A DNA stretch of 64,000 nt from Hormiphora californensis (Eukaryota; Animalia; Ctenophora). The translations under genes were made by a program, and so were the position numbers. The notes below the pieces were generated by a model. The model was not told the DNA's origin and did no database searches. It worked only from the letters and a program-made list of their open reading frames with translations. The DNA lies in assembly GCA_020137815.1 (NCBI GenBank), contig CM035354.1, positions 3,534,001 to 3,598,000 of the forward strand, written 5' to 3'. Position 1 is the first letter of the stretch; each line of letters starts with the position of its first letter. Positions 1 to 20,182 of the stretch are shown here, piece by piece.

Positions 1-931
1 AAACGGGAATTATTGTATTCTTGATTAGCCGTTTGTACCGGATTTTCCAATGCCATACCTCCCATCTTGACGGGGAGTGCTAGGATCCTCCTCTCAATGT
101 CCGAGATATGCTTTCCCACAAATAGGGGTATCAGCTTGTGCCTCAGGATGTCTTCCATAGGTTGGAACAAGTGCCCTATATCAGGTAGTGTTCGCTGCAG
201 GTACGACCACTTCATTTTCAAACTGCGGACATAGTTCGAATATGCAAGGTGGGGGTGAGTTTTCGCAACAGTAACCAGGTTTTCAAGGCAGCTCACCCAT
301 TCGGAAACTTTGTTCGTAACAAATGTTGTCTTGAATTCAGTCGATCCGATTGCTGCACCGAGGTGTCTGGCACCAGCAGTTGTAATCTGTACACCGGTCT
401 CACCGAATAACTCCTGTGCCTTCTCCAGGTGGTGCTCCTTTGCGATCAGGACACATTTATCGGGGTTGATATGGTACCCGAATGCTGGACCGTGTGTTGT
501 GATGATTTCGTACCACTCATGTAGTCCAGAGATGGTTCCTGCAGCATTTCCATCGTCAGCGTACCATACCTGCAGTACATCTTCGAGATCAGCCAGACTA
601 ATCAGGGGGAGAACGCCGATACTGTACATTGCCATTGCAGATGGACAGCCCTGCGTGGCACCCTCTTCGCTCATCAACACTTGGTTTCCGACGTACAATG
701 GTGATGGTGCCCCGTATAGATTGTTGAACAGTTGTGCAAGTATGGGACAAAGTCTGTCAACACTATGCAGCGCAAGTCCTCTGTTCAAGCGATTGAAGGC
801 GTTACTTGCATCTAACAGAAGAGCACCCTCACAATCAGCTTCCTCAAACCGATCGGATAGTGAATGAATGGCTGCCTCACAGCCGCCAGACTGCCCTGCA
901 GCCAACTGTACACAGTTTGCAGCAACTTTAA

Positions 932-1601
932 AGTAAGAGTGGCGCGCCGTGTTTTCTCACAAAACTTAGTGGATGAACGGGGAGTACCACCAGGACCATT
1001 GGTACGGTATCGAAAATTTCCAATTCTGTCTCGTTCATTAGTTATGACGTAATATGTTCATTATTTCAACTTTCATAAAACTGCTCTTCAGAAAAATCTG
1101 TACATTGTGGATTGAAATGGATGCTTGCATCGTGTTCAGCGTCAAAAAATAGCCGGGGTACCAAATTTTGGTGTCTCTACCTTGTCTGTGACGCGAGATA
1201 TCGACAATTATCAAAAACTACCAAAATGGGTGAGAGAGAGATTGTTATCTTTGGGTGCTAGTTGTTTCTGCGCGCCACCCACTTGTAACAAACTCTCTTT
1301 CTCTCACTTTGGTCGTTTTTGATATTTGTCGATATCTCGCGTCACAGACAAGGTAGAGACACCAAAATTTGGTACCCCGGCTATTTTTTGACGCTGAACA
1401 CGATGCAAGCATCCATTTCAATCCACAATGTACAGATTTTTCTGAAGAGCAATTTTAGAAAAGTTGAAATAATGGACATATTACGTCATAACTAATGAAC
1501 GAGACAGAATTGGAAATTTTCGATACCGTACCAATGGTCCTGGTGGTACTCCCCGTTCATCCACTAAGTTTTGTGAGAAAACACGGCGCGCCACTCTTAC
1601 T
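932..1601. mobile_element. Non-autonomous foldback DNA transposon (Kolobok-like MITE), 670 bp
   Basis: Near-perfect palindrome with ~300-bp arms and termini AGTAAGAG...CTCTTACT. TTAA is duplicated at 928-931 and 1602-1605. Excision restores the CRE frame (RVAIKVAAN). TTAA with RR...YY ends is the Kolobok signature; piggyBac has YY...RR. Confidence 0.8.
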
Positions 1602-2777
1602 TTAATCGCTACACGCTGGGAGAAGATAATAGCTTTGACGACTATTCTCCTGAACACTTCTCCAATACCGATTGGCCGAGTACCACCATCTGTCTTCTCC
1701 AGTGGAATCAGGCGAGACGAGCAGAATATTGCAAGAAAGTCACCATGAACTTCGGTAGTTGCAAGTTTCTGGGCAACCAAACTCAAGGCATCACACAGCG
1801 CCGTAGACGATTGTTTGAATTTCTTTGCACATAGGATTCTGCTCACCCCGGAGGCGTCAAAACCACTGGGACCACCTGAACCTTTGATATTTAACCCACA
1901 TTTGTAAATGCTCTCACCGGTTATGCCCTGAAATGTGACTGGCTGGTGGTCGGCAGGTGGGTCACTGTGTACATATTTGCTGCTGATAGGTGAAGCGGGT
2001 GGATGCTTCTTTTCAAGGTCCAGGAGTACCTCGTCAGTGCAGCTTTTGACTCCACATGTGTGTCTGGAAGGGTCAAGCCATCCCGTGGCTTCACTGGTCT
2101 GTCCGTTTCTCATTAGATCGACGAACCGTTTATTACACCGCTCCTCACTGGGGGATTGGTAATTCAGGGGTTTCTGGATTGCAGCAGCCTCACGGAATAA
2201 CTGATCAAATTTCCCACTTTTCCATAGCTCAAGTCTCCGCTCCAACAGGTTTTTGTGTCCACCAACCTTTGACTTTTTGCTCGGTTTCTGCAGGAGAAGT
2301 GCAGGAGCTAGCACTAGGGCTGATAATGCATAAATACAAATACAAATACAAATATACATTTATTGTCCGCTTTTCATTGTCCATATTATAAAGAACAACA
2401 CGAGTTCTGTTAGGTCTTGACTACTAGCATCACTTGGTGCGGACTTCGTCTCACTAACTCTCGTTTCAAAAGCGGTTAGTTTTATACCAAGGATTTCCAG
2501 ATATTTTTCAAGAAGATATTTTCTGAGGGTAATTTTTGTTAGTTAAACCATATTTAAATCGGATGATGAAATATACTGTCTCTGCTTACTGCAGATTAAT
2601 AGAATATGCTCTTGGATCTAGAGATCCAGAAATGAATATTTTAGCTCCAGGGCTTTAGCCCTTAAACAATCGATACTGTCTTATACAACCTGGGTGAGGA
2701 CTGAGGATCCGACTGCTTCACCTGTAGGAGAACCAAGGAGCGGAAGAGAAGTCATACTCGCTGTAGCCTGCATCTCA

Positions 2778-3205
2778 CCACACTGGCTGTACTTCTATAA
2801 GTAAAGCCCAACACACTCCACTACACCACACCATACCGACTGTACTTCTATAAGTAAAGCCCAACACACTCCACTGCACCACACCATACTGGCTGTACTT
2901 CTATAAGTAGAGCCCAACACACTCCACTACACTACACCATACTGGCTGTACTTCTGTAAGTAAAGCCCAACACACTCCACTGCACCACACTATACTGGCT
3001 GTACTTCTATAAGTAAAGCCCAACACACTCCACTGCACTACACCATACTGGCTGTACTTCTATAAGTAAAGCCCAACACACTCCACTGCACTACACCATA
3101 CTGGCTGTTCTTCTATAAGTAAAGCCCAACACACTCCACTGCAACACACTATACTGGCTGTACTTCTATAAGTAGAGCCCAACACACTCCACTGCACAAC
3201 ACCTC
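2778..3205. repeat. 53-bp minisatellite, ~8 copies, in the LINE 3' UTR
   Basis: Unit CTGGCTGTACTTCTATAAGTAAAGCCCAACACACTCCACTGCACCACACCATA starts at 2783, 2836, 2889, 2942, 2995, 3048, 3101 and 3154. Confidence 0.95.
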
Positions 3206-3264
3206 ACTGCAACCCTTCCACCCCCATACCCCAATTTTGGTGTCCATTTATAATTTATATTTCC

Positions 3265-3440
3265 CCCTTTTTTCTTTACCGCTTTTTTTTGTTGTCTTTT
3301 TTTTTTTTTTTTTTTTTTTTCTTTTTTTTTTTGGATCTTTTCTGCTTTACTTTTTTTTTTCTTTTTTTTTTTCTTCTTTTTTCTTCTTTTTTTTTTTTTT
3401 TTCTTTTTTTTTTTGATTTTTTAGCCCAGGCTCTTTTTTT
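3265..3440 (-). repeat. Long A-rich tract inside the LINE 3' UTR
   Basis: T-rich run on the + strand; it produces the spurious poly-Phe ORF. Confidence 0.9.
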
Positions 3441-3638
3441 CCGAGTTCTGGGGATCCGTCACATAAAAAGAATAAGTATTAAATATAAATTAGTAAGAAA
3501 GACCAGTTTAGAAAGCGTGAGTGAAAAGAGTACTGGTCGTTCTAACTTCACGGTTTCACACTCTAATTCGGGATCCTCAGCTCGCTCTCATCTCTCTACC
3601 ACAATTCTCATAGTATAAATTGTCTTCATACATTGTTT

Positions 3639-6554
3639 TTAACACTCGTATGCCTTCCGGAAGAAGTGGGTTTTCAGGTTGGATTTGAATGATGTGATGG
3701 ATGAGCTTTCCCGAAGAGAAGAAGGTAAGCTATTCCATATTTCCGGAGCAGCGACACTGAACGCACCTTTACTCGAACAATATCTGGCATAGTTCTTGTC
3801 AAGTAAGGTTTTGTCAGCATCCCTTCGTAGACTTTTTAACTTCGGTTGACGGAGTGTTATCATCTTCGATAGGTAAGGTGGGGCTATACCATTCAGTGTT
3901 TTGTATGTCAGTAGACACAACTTGTACTGTACTCTTTCTCGAACGGGTAGGAAATGAAGCTGTTTGCGAAGGTTTGTGGTGCCTTGGTAGAGGCGTTGTC
4001 CAAATACGAAACGGGCTGCAGAGTTTTGAATCTTCTGTAATCGACCGATGTCGTTGGCAGAAGAACCAGCAAGGAGGCTGTTACAGTAGTCCAGTCTGCT
4101 GTGTATTAAACTGTTGACGAGTTTGACTTTCAGATTAACACCCAACATTCTGTGGGTTTTCCAAAGATTCATAAGGGCTAGTTGACACGTCCTTACGGTT
4201 CTGGATACATGACCAGATAGGGAGAGCTCTGAGTCCAGAAACACACCAAGGTTCCTTACTAGTGTAAGTGGCTTTGTAGATTCATGGTTGCTCATCGTTT
4301 GAAGGCTTTCAGGGTTTTCTGTTTTATCATGTTTGTTGTTTAACACGATTATTTCAGTTTTGCTGGGGTTGAGTCTGAGGAAGTTCTTGGACATCCACGC
4401 TTTGATGTGGTTTAAGCAACCCTGCAGTTTCGTCTCGAGGTCTAGGAGAGAATCGTTGCTGAAAGAAACATACAACTGAGTATCGTCAGCATAGAGCTCC
4501 ACCATTAGTCCATAGTGCCTAGCAATACTTTCCAACTCTTTTGTGTACAGAATGAACAACAGTGGTCCAAGTATAGAGCCCTGTGGCACTCCGATGTTGA
4601 TGGCTAAGGGCGAGGATGTAGAGGTCTCAATTTTCACAGAAGCTTTCCTATCTTTGAGGTAGGAGGCAAACCATTCAAGGGCAGTACCTTCAACGCCATA
4701 ATTCCTCCTCAGTTTCCCAAGTAACAATTCATGGTTAATCGTGTCGAAGGCAGCACTGAGGTCTAGCAATACAAGTACCGCCTTCGATTTCGTGTCTGTA
4801 ATTAGAAGAAGATCATTCACTACTTTCACCAATGTGGTCTCAGTGCTATGATGTTTCCGGTACGCCGATTGAACTCCTGGAAACAGTTCGTTCGTCTCAA
4901 GGTGCTCCGTAAGCTGTATAGACGCACATTTTTCAATTAGCTTGGATATAAAAGCTAAGTTGGATACCGGTCTGTAGTTATTGAGTTCTTCCGGGCTTCC
5001 TTTCTTCTTGAACGAGGGTCGAATCAGTGATTGCTTCAGCTGTTCAGGAACTAAACCTTCTTGTAGGCTTTTGTTGACAATGTCAGAGATAAGAGGAAGT
5101 AACTTCGGGAGAACACCTACGAGTTTGCTGGTAGGGATAGGATCGAGATCACAGTGCTTTTTCTCCATAGATTGAATTATAGCACTGAGTTCCTCTTCAG
5201 TTACTTTTCTGAAGGATGAAAATGTGGCACCAGTGTAGTCAGTTTGTGGTAGTTCTGGCAATGGTTCAGATTGTTCGTTTTCAACTCTGATCGTCTCGTA
5301 GATATCCTCGATTTTCGATTTGAAGAAAGTGCCAAAGTTTTCTGCTGTTTCACTCGAAGAATTCCCGTTTGGAAGCTCCTGTGGGATCTTGTCTTTTCCC
5401 AGTAGTTTGTTGATTAACCCACTGACAGCAGCTGGATCATCAGCCACGTAGTCAAGCTTTCCACGATAGAAATTTATCCTGGTTTTCATGAGAAATCTGG
5501 ATGTTTCTTTCATAGCTTTATTCAGAGCTGTTCTAGCTTCTTTGTGTTCTTCTTTCTTCGTGGAGTCTTTCAAGGTCGTCTTCAGAGCTCTTTCTCGTGT
5601 CCTGCGGGAGGTTTTAGCTTCCTCACAAAGTGTATCATACCAAGGTGGGTGATCCGAGTCTTTAATAACCTTTTCCTGTAGTGGAGCTATCTCATCCCGT
5701 ATTTCTCGAAGTGAGACGTTGTACAGGTTGAGACACCCTTCCAGTGTAGAGGGACGTGGATTTGACATCAGCGGTGACTCATCTATTTTCATAGATAGGA
5801 CCTCAACAGTGAGCATTTTCATGTTTCTGCACAGAACAGCTTTTCTTTCTTGCTGAATTGGTTTTCCGACGTGTAAGTAGAATGTGACAGCATAATGGTC
5901 TGAAACGGAGGATTTTGCAACCTCGACTGCACTAATCCTAGGTGAAGCTTCATCATCTCTGCTTATCACCAAGTCCAATGTACCGCCACTTTCGTGGGTT
6001 GGATCCTCGACATGCTGTGTCCATCGCTCATCTACAAGCAAATCACGGAAGGAGTTTGAAGTATGATCATTGTCATCCTCAGTATGGATATTGAAATCGC
6101 CCAAGATAACAGGGTGTCCACTGAGGCCGTTTAGTGACGATAGGTACTCTTCGAATTCTGCCAAGAACTCCTTTTTGGAAGAGGACGGAGGTCTGTATAC
6201 CACAACCAATCTAGTTTTCTGAAGATGCCCGCCTTCAATCGTAGCTTCGATACATTCAAAAGTTGTTGGTTTGTTCTTAGTCTTGATAGGTATTACACGT
6301 AATGCTTTCCTCGCTAAGATAGCGACGCCGCCTCCTCTTGCCCCTCTTGCCGAACTATAGAGATTGTATCCTAGTTCTTTCATCAGTGCAGGGGTGACTA
6401 CGTCACCGTCTTCTAGCCAGGTTTCTGTCAAACCGAGTACGTCAAGGTCAAGATCGCAGCACGCCCCGTATATTTCACCAAGTTTGTTGTTCATCGATCT
6501 GCAGTTTAGATTCCCGTATTTGAGAGCAAGGTGCTGCGTTGACGGTAGTTTTTT
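3639..6554 (-). CDS. LINE ORF2: APE endonuclease + reverse transcriptase (frame is open upstream of the first ATG at 6494)
   Basis: GNLNCRS, LTETWL, ILGDFN, TLDLV, SDH (APE); YRPVSNL, LLDLSAAFD, GVPQGSILGP, YADD (4482-4493); L2-type C-terminus SRLDYCNSLL...LHFLPV...FKSNLKTHFF. Confidence 0.95.
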   Translation of the reverse strand, partial: KKLPSTQHLALKYGNLNCRSMNNKLGEIYGACCDLDLDVLGLTETWLEDGDVVTPALMKELGYNLYSSARGARGGGVAILARKALRVIPIKTKNKPTTFECIEATIEGGHLQKTRLVVVYRPPSSSKKEFLAEFEEYLSSLNGLSGHPVILGDFNIHTEDDNDHTSNSFRDLLVDERWTQHVEDPTHESGGTLDLVISRDDEASPRISAVEVAKSSVSDHYAVTFYLHVGKPIQQERKAVLCRNMKMLTVEVLSMKIDESPLMSNPRPSTLEGCLNLYNVSLREIRDEIAPLQEKVIKDSDHPPWYDTLCEEAKTSRRTRERALKTTLKDSTKKEEHKEARTALNKAMKETSRFLMKTRINFYRGKLDYVADDPAAVSGLINKLLGKDKIPQELPNGNSSSETAENFGTFFKSKIEDIYETIRVENEQSEPLPELPQTDYTGATFSSFRKVTEEELSAIIQSMEKKHCDLDPIPTSKLVGVLPKLLPLISDIVNKSLQEGLVPEQLKQSLIRPSFKKKGSPEELNNYRPVSNLAFISKLIEKCASIQLTEHLETNELFPGVQSAYRKHHSTETTLVKVVNDLLLITDTKSKAVLVLLDLSAAFDTINHELLLGKLRRNYGVEGTALEWFASYLKDRKASVKIETSTSSPLAINIGVPQGSILGPLLFILYTKELESIARHYGLMVELYADDTQLYVSFSNDSLLDLETKLQGCLNHIKAWMSKNFLRLNPSKTEIIVLNNKHDKTENPESLQTMSNHESTKPLTLVRNLGVFLDSELSLSGHVSRTVRTCQLALMNLWKTHRMLGVNLKVKLVNSLIHSRLDYCNSLLAGSSANDIGRLQKIQNSAARFVFGQRLYQGTTNLRKQLHFLPVRERVQYKLCLLTYKTLNGIAPPYLSKMITLRQPKLKSLRRDADKTLLDKNYARYCSSKGAFSVAAPEIWNSLPSSLRESSSITSFKSNLKTHFFRKAYEC

Positions 6555-7939
6555 GAAATACGATCATAGTGCTCTTTGTACGTTGGGCATTTAGGTGAGC
6601 CAGCATGGTGAGGTTTAACATCTGAGGAGAGTCCTGTATTGTTGATACAGTTTTTACAGCAGTGTTTCTCAGTGTCCTCTTTCAGTGAACAGCTTTCAGT
6701 AGAATGTTCTTCTGCACAATACATGCATGTCGCTGGATGGGATTTCTTCGGGCATTTATCAGGGTAGTGGCCAAGGGCTTGGCAGTGAGGACATCTCTTG
6801 ATGTGTACACGATGAGACACTCTGACGGAAGACATTTGGAAGAAGACCCTACCGTCAGACATAAGCTTGTCCTTCAGCTGCACTGGTAGTTTCAGGACAA
6901 TTGTGGCTAGGTCCGGGTCTGTATGCGTGCGTTTGAAATAGACAATGGAAAGGTCTTTGCAGGTTCTCAGAACTTCATTCTTTGCTGTTAGCTTCTCGAG
7001 ACAGAATTTTCTACATTCCTCAGTTGTGGCATCTCTTGGGAGTGAATCAACAGGGACAAACCTGAGTTCTACTTTTGACATTACCTCAGCGGACACTCTG
7101 GCAGTTTGCTCTAGCACTCCTGCAGTCTTCAAACATTCTGTGGCCAATCGTTGGCATTCCTCATTGGGAAACCACACTCTTACCGAGGAAGAAAAGTTTC
7201 TTGCTTGAGAGATAGGTATATTTTCCAAGGCTTTGTCGATAGCATTCCTCGTCTCCTTTACATCATCACAGTGGATCGTCAATCGAGGCTGGGGTGGAAG
7301 TGCTTTTCTCGCTGTAACCTTAGAGGAGGTTGTGCTTTGGATACCTGGGCGAGATGCAGCAGTGTTAGCTGTGTCAGTGGATGCTGTGGCGGTGGATTGA
7401 AGTGAAGATTTGCTGTTGGATGAAGGTAGCGGTGGGAAATTGTCATTGTTCATGATGCTGGGGGTGACGCTGTCAATACTCGCTTCAGATGTTACGGAAA
7501 TGGTGTTGTTTTGCCATGCGTTAACAGTTGTGTCGAAGTGAGAGCTGTTATCAGATGACTGGCTAGTATCTGTCATAAGCCTAGCAACCTTAATAGCTAT
7601 AGCTTCTAGAAAAGGACTACCAGGTTTGAGAAGCCTGGACGTAAAGATGCAAGCGCTGCAAACCCAGTCCTCAAGGGGAAACAAACCATCGTCTGATGGT
7701 GAAACAAGATCGCCTAGTGACTTCAGACCTACGCATTCGTCATGGAAACATGATTTACACGTACTGCACTTCAGCATGGACCTGTTTGTCATATTTCCAT
7801 TACACAAACATTGATTGGCAGAGGTGAAGTGACTTGGCGTTTGCACTGGCATCGCCTGATGGGAACCTCTAGGTGGGGTTGCGAAGGCTGAAAACTTCAT
7901 CCCGCTTCTTGTAGAAGAGGATGGAAGTTCAGAATTCAT
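6506..7939 (-). CDS. LINE ORF1 with PHD finger and C-terminal CCHC zinc knuckles
   Basis: CLC...MLKCSTCKSCFHDECVG...WVCSAC (PHD); CPHCQALGHYPDKC, CMYCAEEHSTESC, CKNC...HHAGSPKCP (knuckles). First in-frame ATG is at ~7939; the frame is open to 8035. Confidence 0.9.
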   Translation of the reverse strand: MNSELPSSSTRSGMKFSAFATPPRGSHQAMPVQTPSHFTSANQCLCNGNMTNRSMLKCSTCKSCFHDECVGLKSLGDLVSPSDDGLFPLEDWVCSACIFTSRLLKPGSPFLEAIAIKVARLMTDTSQSSDNSSHFDTTVNAWQNNTISVTSEASIDSVTPSIMNNDNFPPLPSSNSKSSLQSTATASTDTANTAASRPGIQSTTSSKVTARKALPPQPRLTIHCDDVKETRNAIDKALENIPISQARNFSSSVRVWFPNEECQRLATECLKTAGVLEQTARVSAEVMSKVELRFVPVDSLPRDATTEECRKFCLEKLTAKNEVLRTCKDLSIVYFKRTHTDPDLATIVLKLPVQLKDKLMSDGRVFFQMSSVRVSHRVHIKRCPHCQALGHYPDKCPKKSHPATCMYCAEEHSTESCSLKEDTEKHCCKNCINNTGLSSDVKPHHAGSPKCPTYKEHYDRISKNYRQRSTLLSNTGI

Positions 7940-8319
7940 CAGTGGATTGTGACTGTGATGGTTGTGAGGATTGTGTTTACTCACAGTCTCGGGATCCGCT
8001 CGTCCACTTATTGTAGGGTCATACGACTGAAACAATTGAGGGGGGGTGCCGCCTCAATAAATAGTTTTACGTTGTAGTTGATGAAAGTTTGAGACTCCGC
8101 AGCAGTGGATGTCGCGAAAAGGTTTGCCAGCCTAGTGAGTTCATCGATGAAACCTCTGCCAACTGCTCCAAATGGAACCTCAAACAAGTTGGGAGCCCAG
8201 GTGCTGATTAGTGGTGCAAGAGCCTGTAGCTTCACGAATACCTCCTCTGCATTCAAATCTCCCCAACAGTTCACCTGAGATAGCTGCGGTCTTGGTGGTG
8301 GGCACTGATTTACTGTTAC

Positions 8320-8510
8320 GCCAAACCGCGCCGTAGCTTTAAACGCCGTAACGTACGTCACGCGTTAAAATAAACTATTCTGCGATGTAAATTACGCGCG
8401 CATTAAAATTGCAGACATTTCATTTTCTGAGTCGAGTTTTCAAACTCTTTTTCAAAAGCTTTAAAATTTTTTGTAATTTGGCGCTTTTTTTGGCGCTCTT
8501 TTCGCCAATA
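8320..8510. promoter_or_regulatory. CpG-rich probable promoter of SLY1
   Basis: Local cluster of CG/CGCG immediately upstream of the ATG at 8605; similar to the patch upstream of the WD40 cluster. Confidence 0.45.
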
Positions 8511-8604
8511 TTCACCGTCCTACATAGATTTTAACTACAATCACCTTACCCTCTTAAAGGTTAAGTCACCCAGGATTCTGACTACACCAAACACACCACG
8601 AAGC

Positions 8605-19423
<10,819 letters not shown>

Positions 19424-20182
19424 AGAGAGATCAGAGACACAGAGTTTGATGAAATGTTTTTTTTTGTGTGATTATCATGTGTGACATATTTTCTTCAATT
19501 TATCTCTTGAAAAACACCATGAAACAACTTGTCGTAACATTACAAAATCTCGGCCCATTGATGATTTATCGGTGCCCCATCTTTTAGACACTAAAACCCG
19601 TTTGCAGTAGCGCGCGATGCAGATATTTCAGACTTCACTGCGCGCAGGATGGGTTTACGTGGCCAGCACTGCACCAGACGGAGAGAGTCGGCACCCGATG
19701 ACCGATCATGATGAGGTACGGGTTGGCGCCAAAATGACAGGTCGGCGCGTTGTCAAGCAGGTTGGTGTCGCCGCGCCATCCGTTCACTCAACTTGGGAAG
19801 TGTGTGACACGGATGGCACACACGTGGGGTTCCCGGAGCGTCCTGTGCCTGGCGGAGGGGCGATGCAAACCAGTCAGTACCTAGTCCACATTTATTTGAG
19901 ATTTGTAAAACTGTCCAATGTATTCAACAGTACAATGTATTGCAGTGTGCACTGTGCATGTGTAAATGTGTACACTGTACAGTACAGTGTTCCCACTTCG
20001 TCAAAATATGAAATGCCACTGTCTATCTTTGCAACAGGATTATGGGTTGTGTGTGTATGTTTGTGTGTGTCTACTGCACACATGACCATGTTTACCACAT
20101 GTTGCACGCACACATTGTGTCAGTGTTTAGAGTTGCAATTTCCCAATAAATTCCTTTCTCTGTTGTCTTGTTTTGTGTTATC

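Larger units (their letters stand above)
2330..8098 (-). mobile_element. Full-length L2/CR1-group LINE (~5.8 kb) inserted in the CRE element
   Basis: Intact ORF1 and ORF2. The 3' end has an L2-type CCGCTTTT...AAAAGCGG stem, AATAAA and a (TTTGTA)n tail at ~2330-2375. Both junctions fall inside the CRE ORF, with no clear TSD. Confidence 0.9.
1..8310 (-). mobile_element. CRE-clade non-LTR retrotransposon, interrupted; pieces at ~8091-8310, ~1602-2330 and 1-931; runs off the left edge
   Basis: Removing the two inserts gives one minus-strand frame: WAPNLFEVPFGAVGRGFIDELTRL...AAES | ALSALVLAPALLLQKP...RLIPLEKTDGGTRPIGIGEVFRRI...AIK | VAANCVQLAAGQSGGCEAAIH...LLDASNAFN...SEEGATQGCPSAMAMY...QVWYADD (YADD at 552-563). 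These motifs are typical of CRE-like RTs. Confidence 0.85.

Noticed and set aside
310-1322. Plus-strand ORFs 310-867, 864-1052 and 1125-1322
   Set aside because: Antisense shadow of the CRE RT and read-through into the palindromic MITE; the shared peptide KVRVARRVFSQ... comes from the TIR.
2778-3205. Possible CRISPR-like array
   Set aside because: Head-to-tail 53-bp units with no unique spacers, no cas genes, eukaryotic context.
8053-8098. SL RNA gene
   Set aside because: No GT donor or Sm-site-bearing intron part follows the SL-like sequence; it runs into the LINE 5' UTR.
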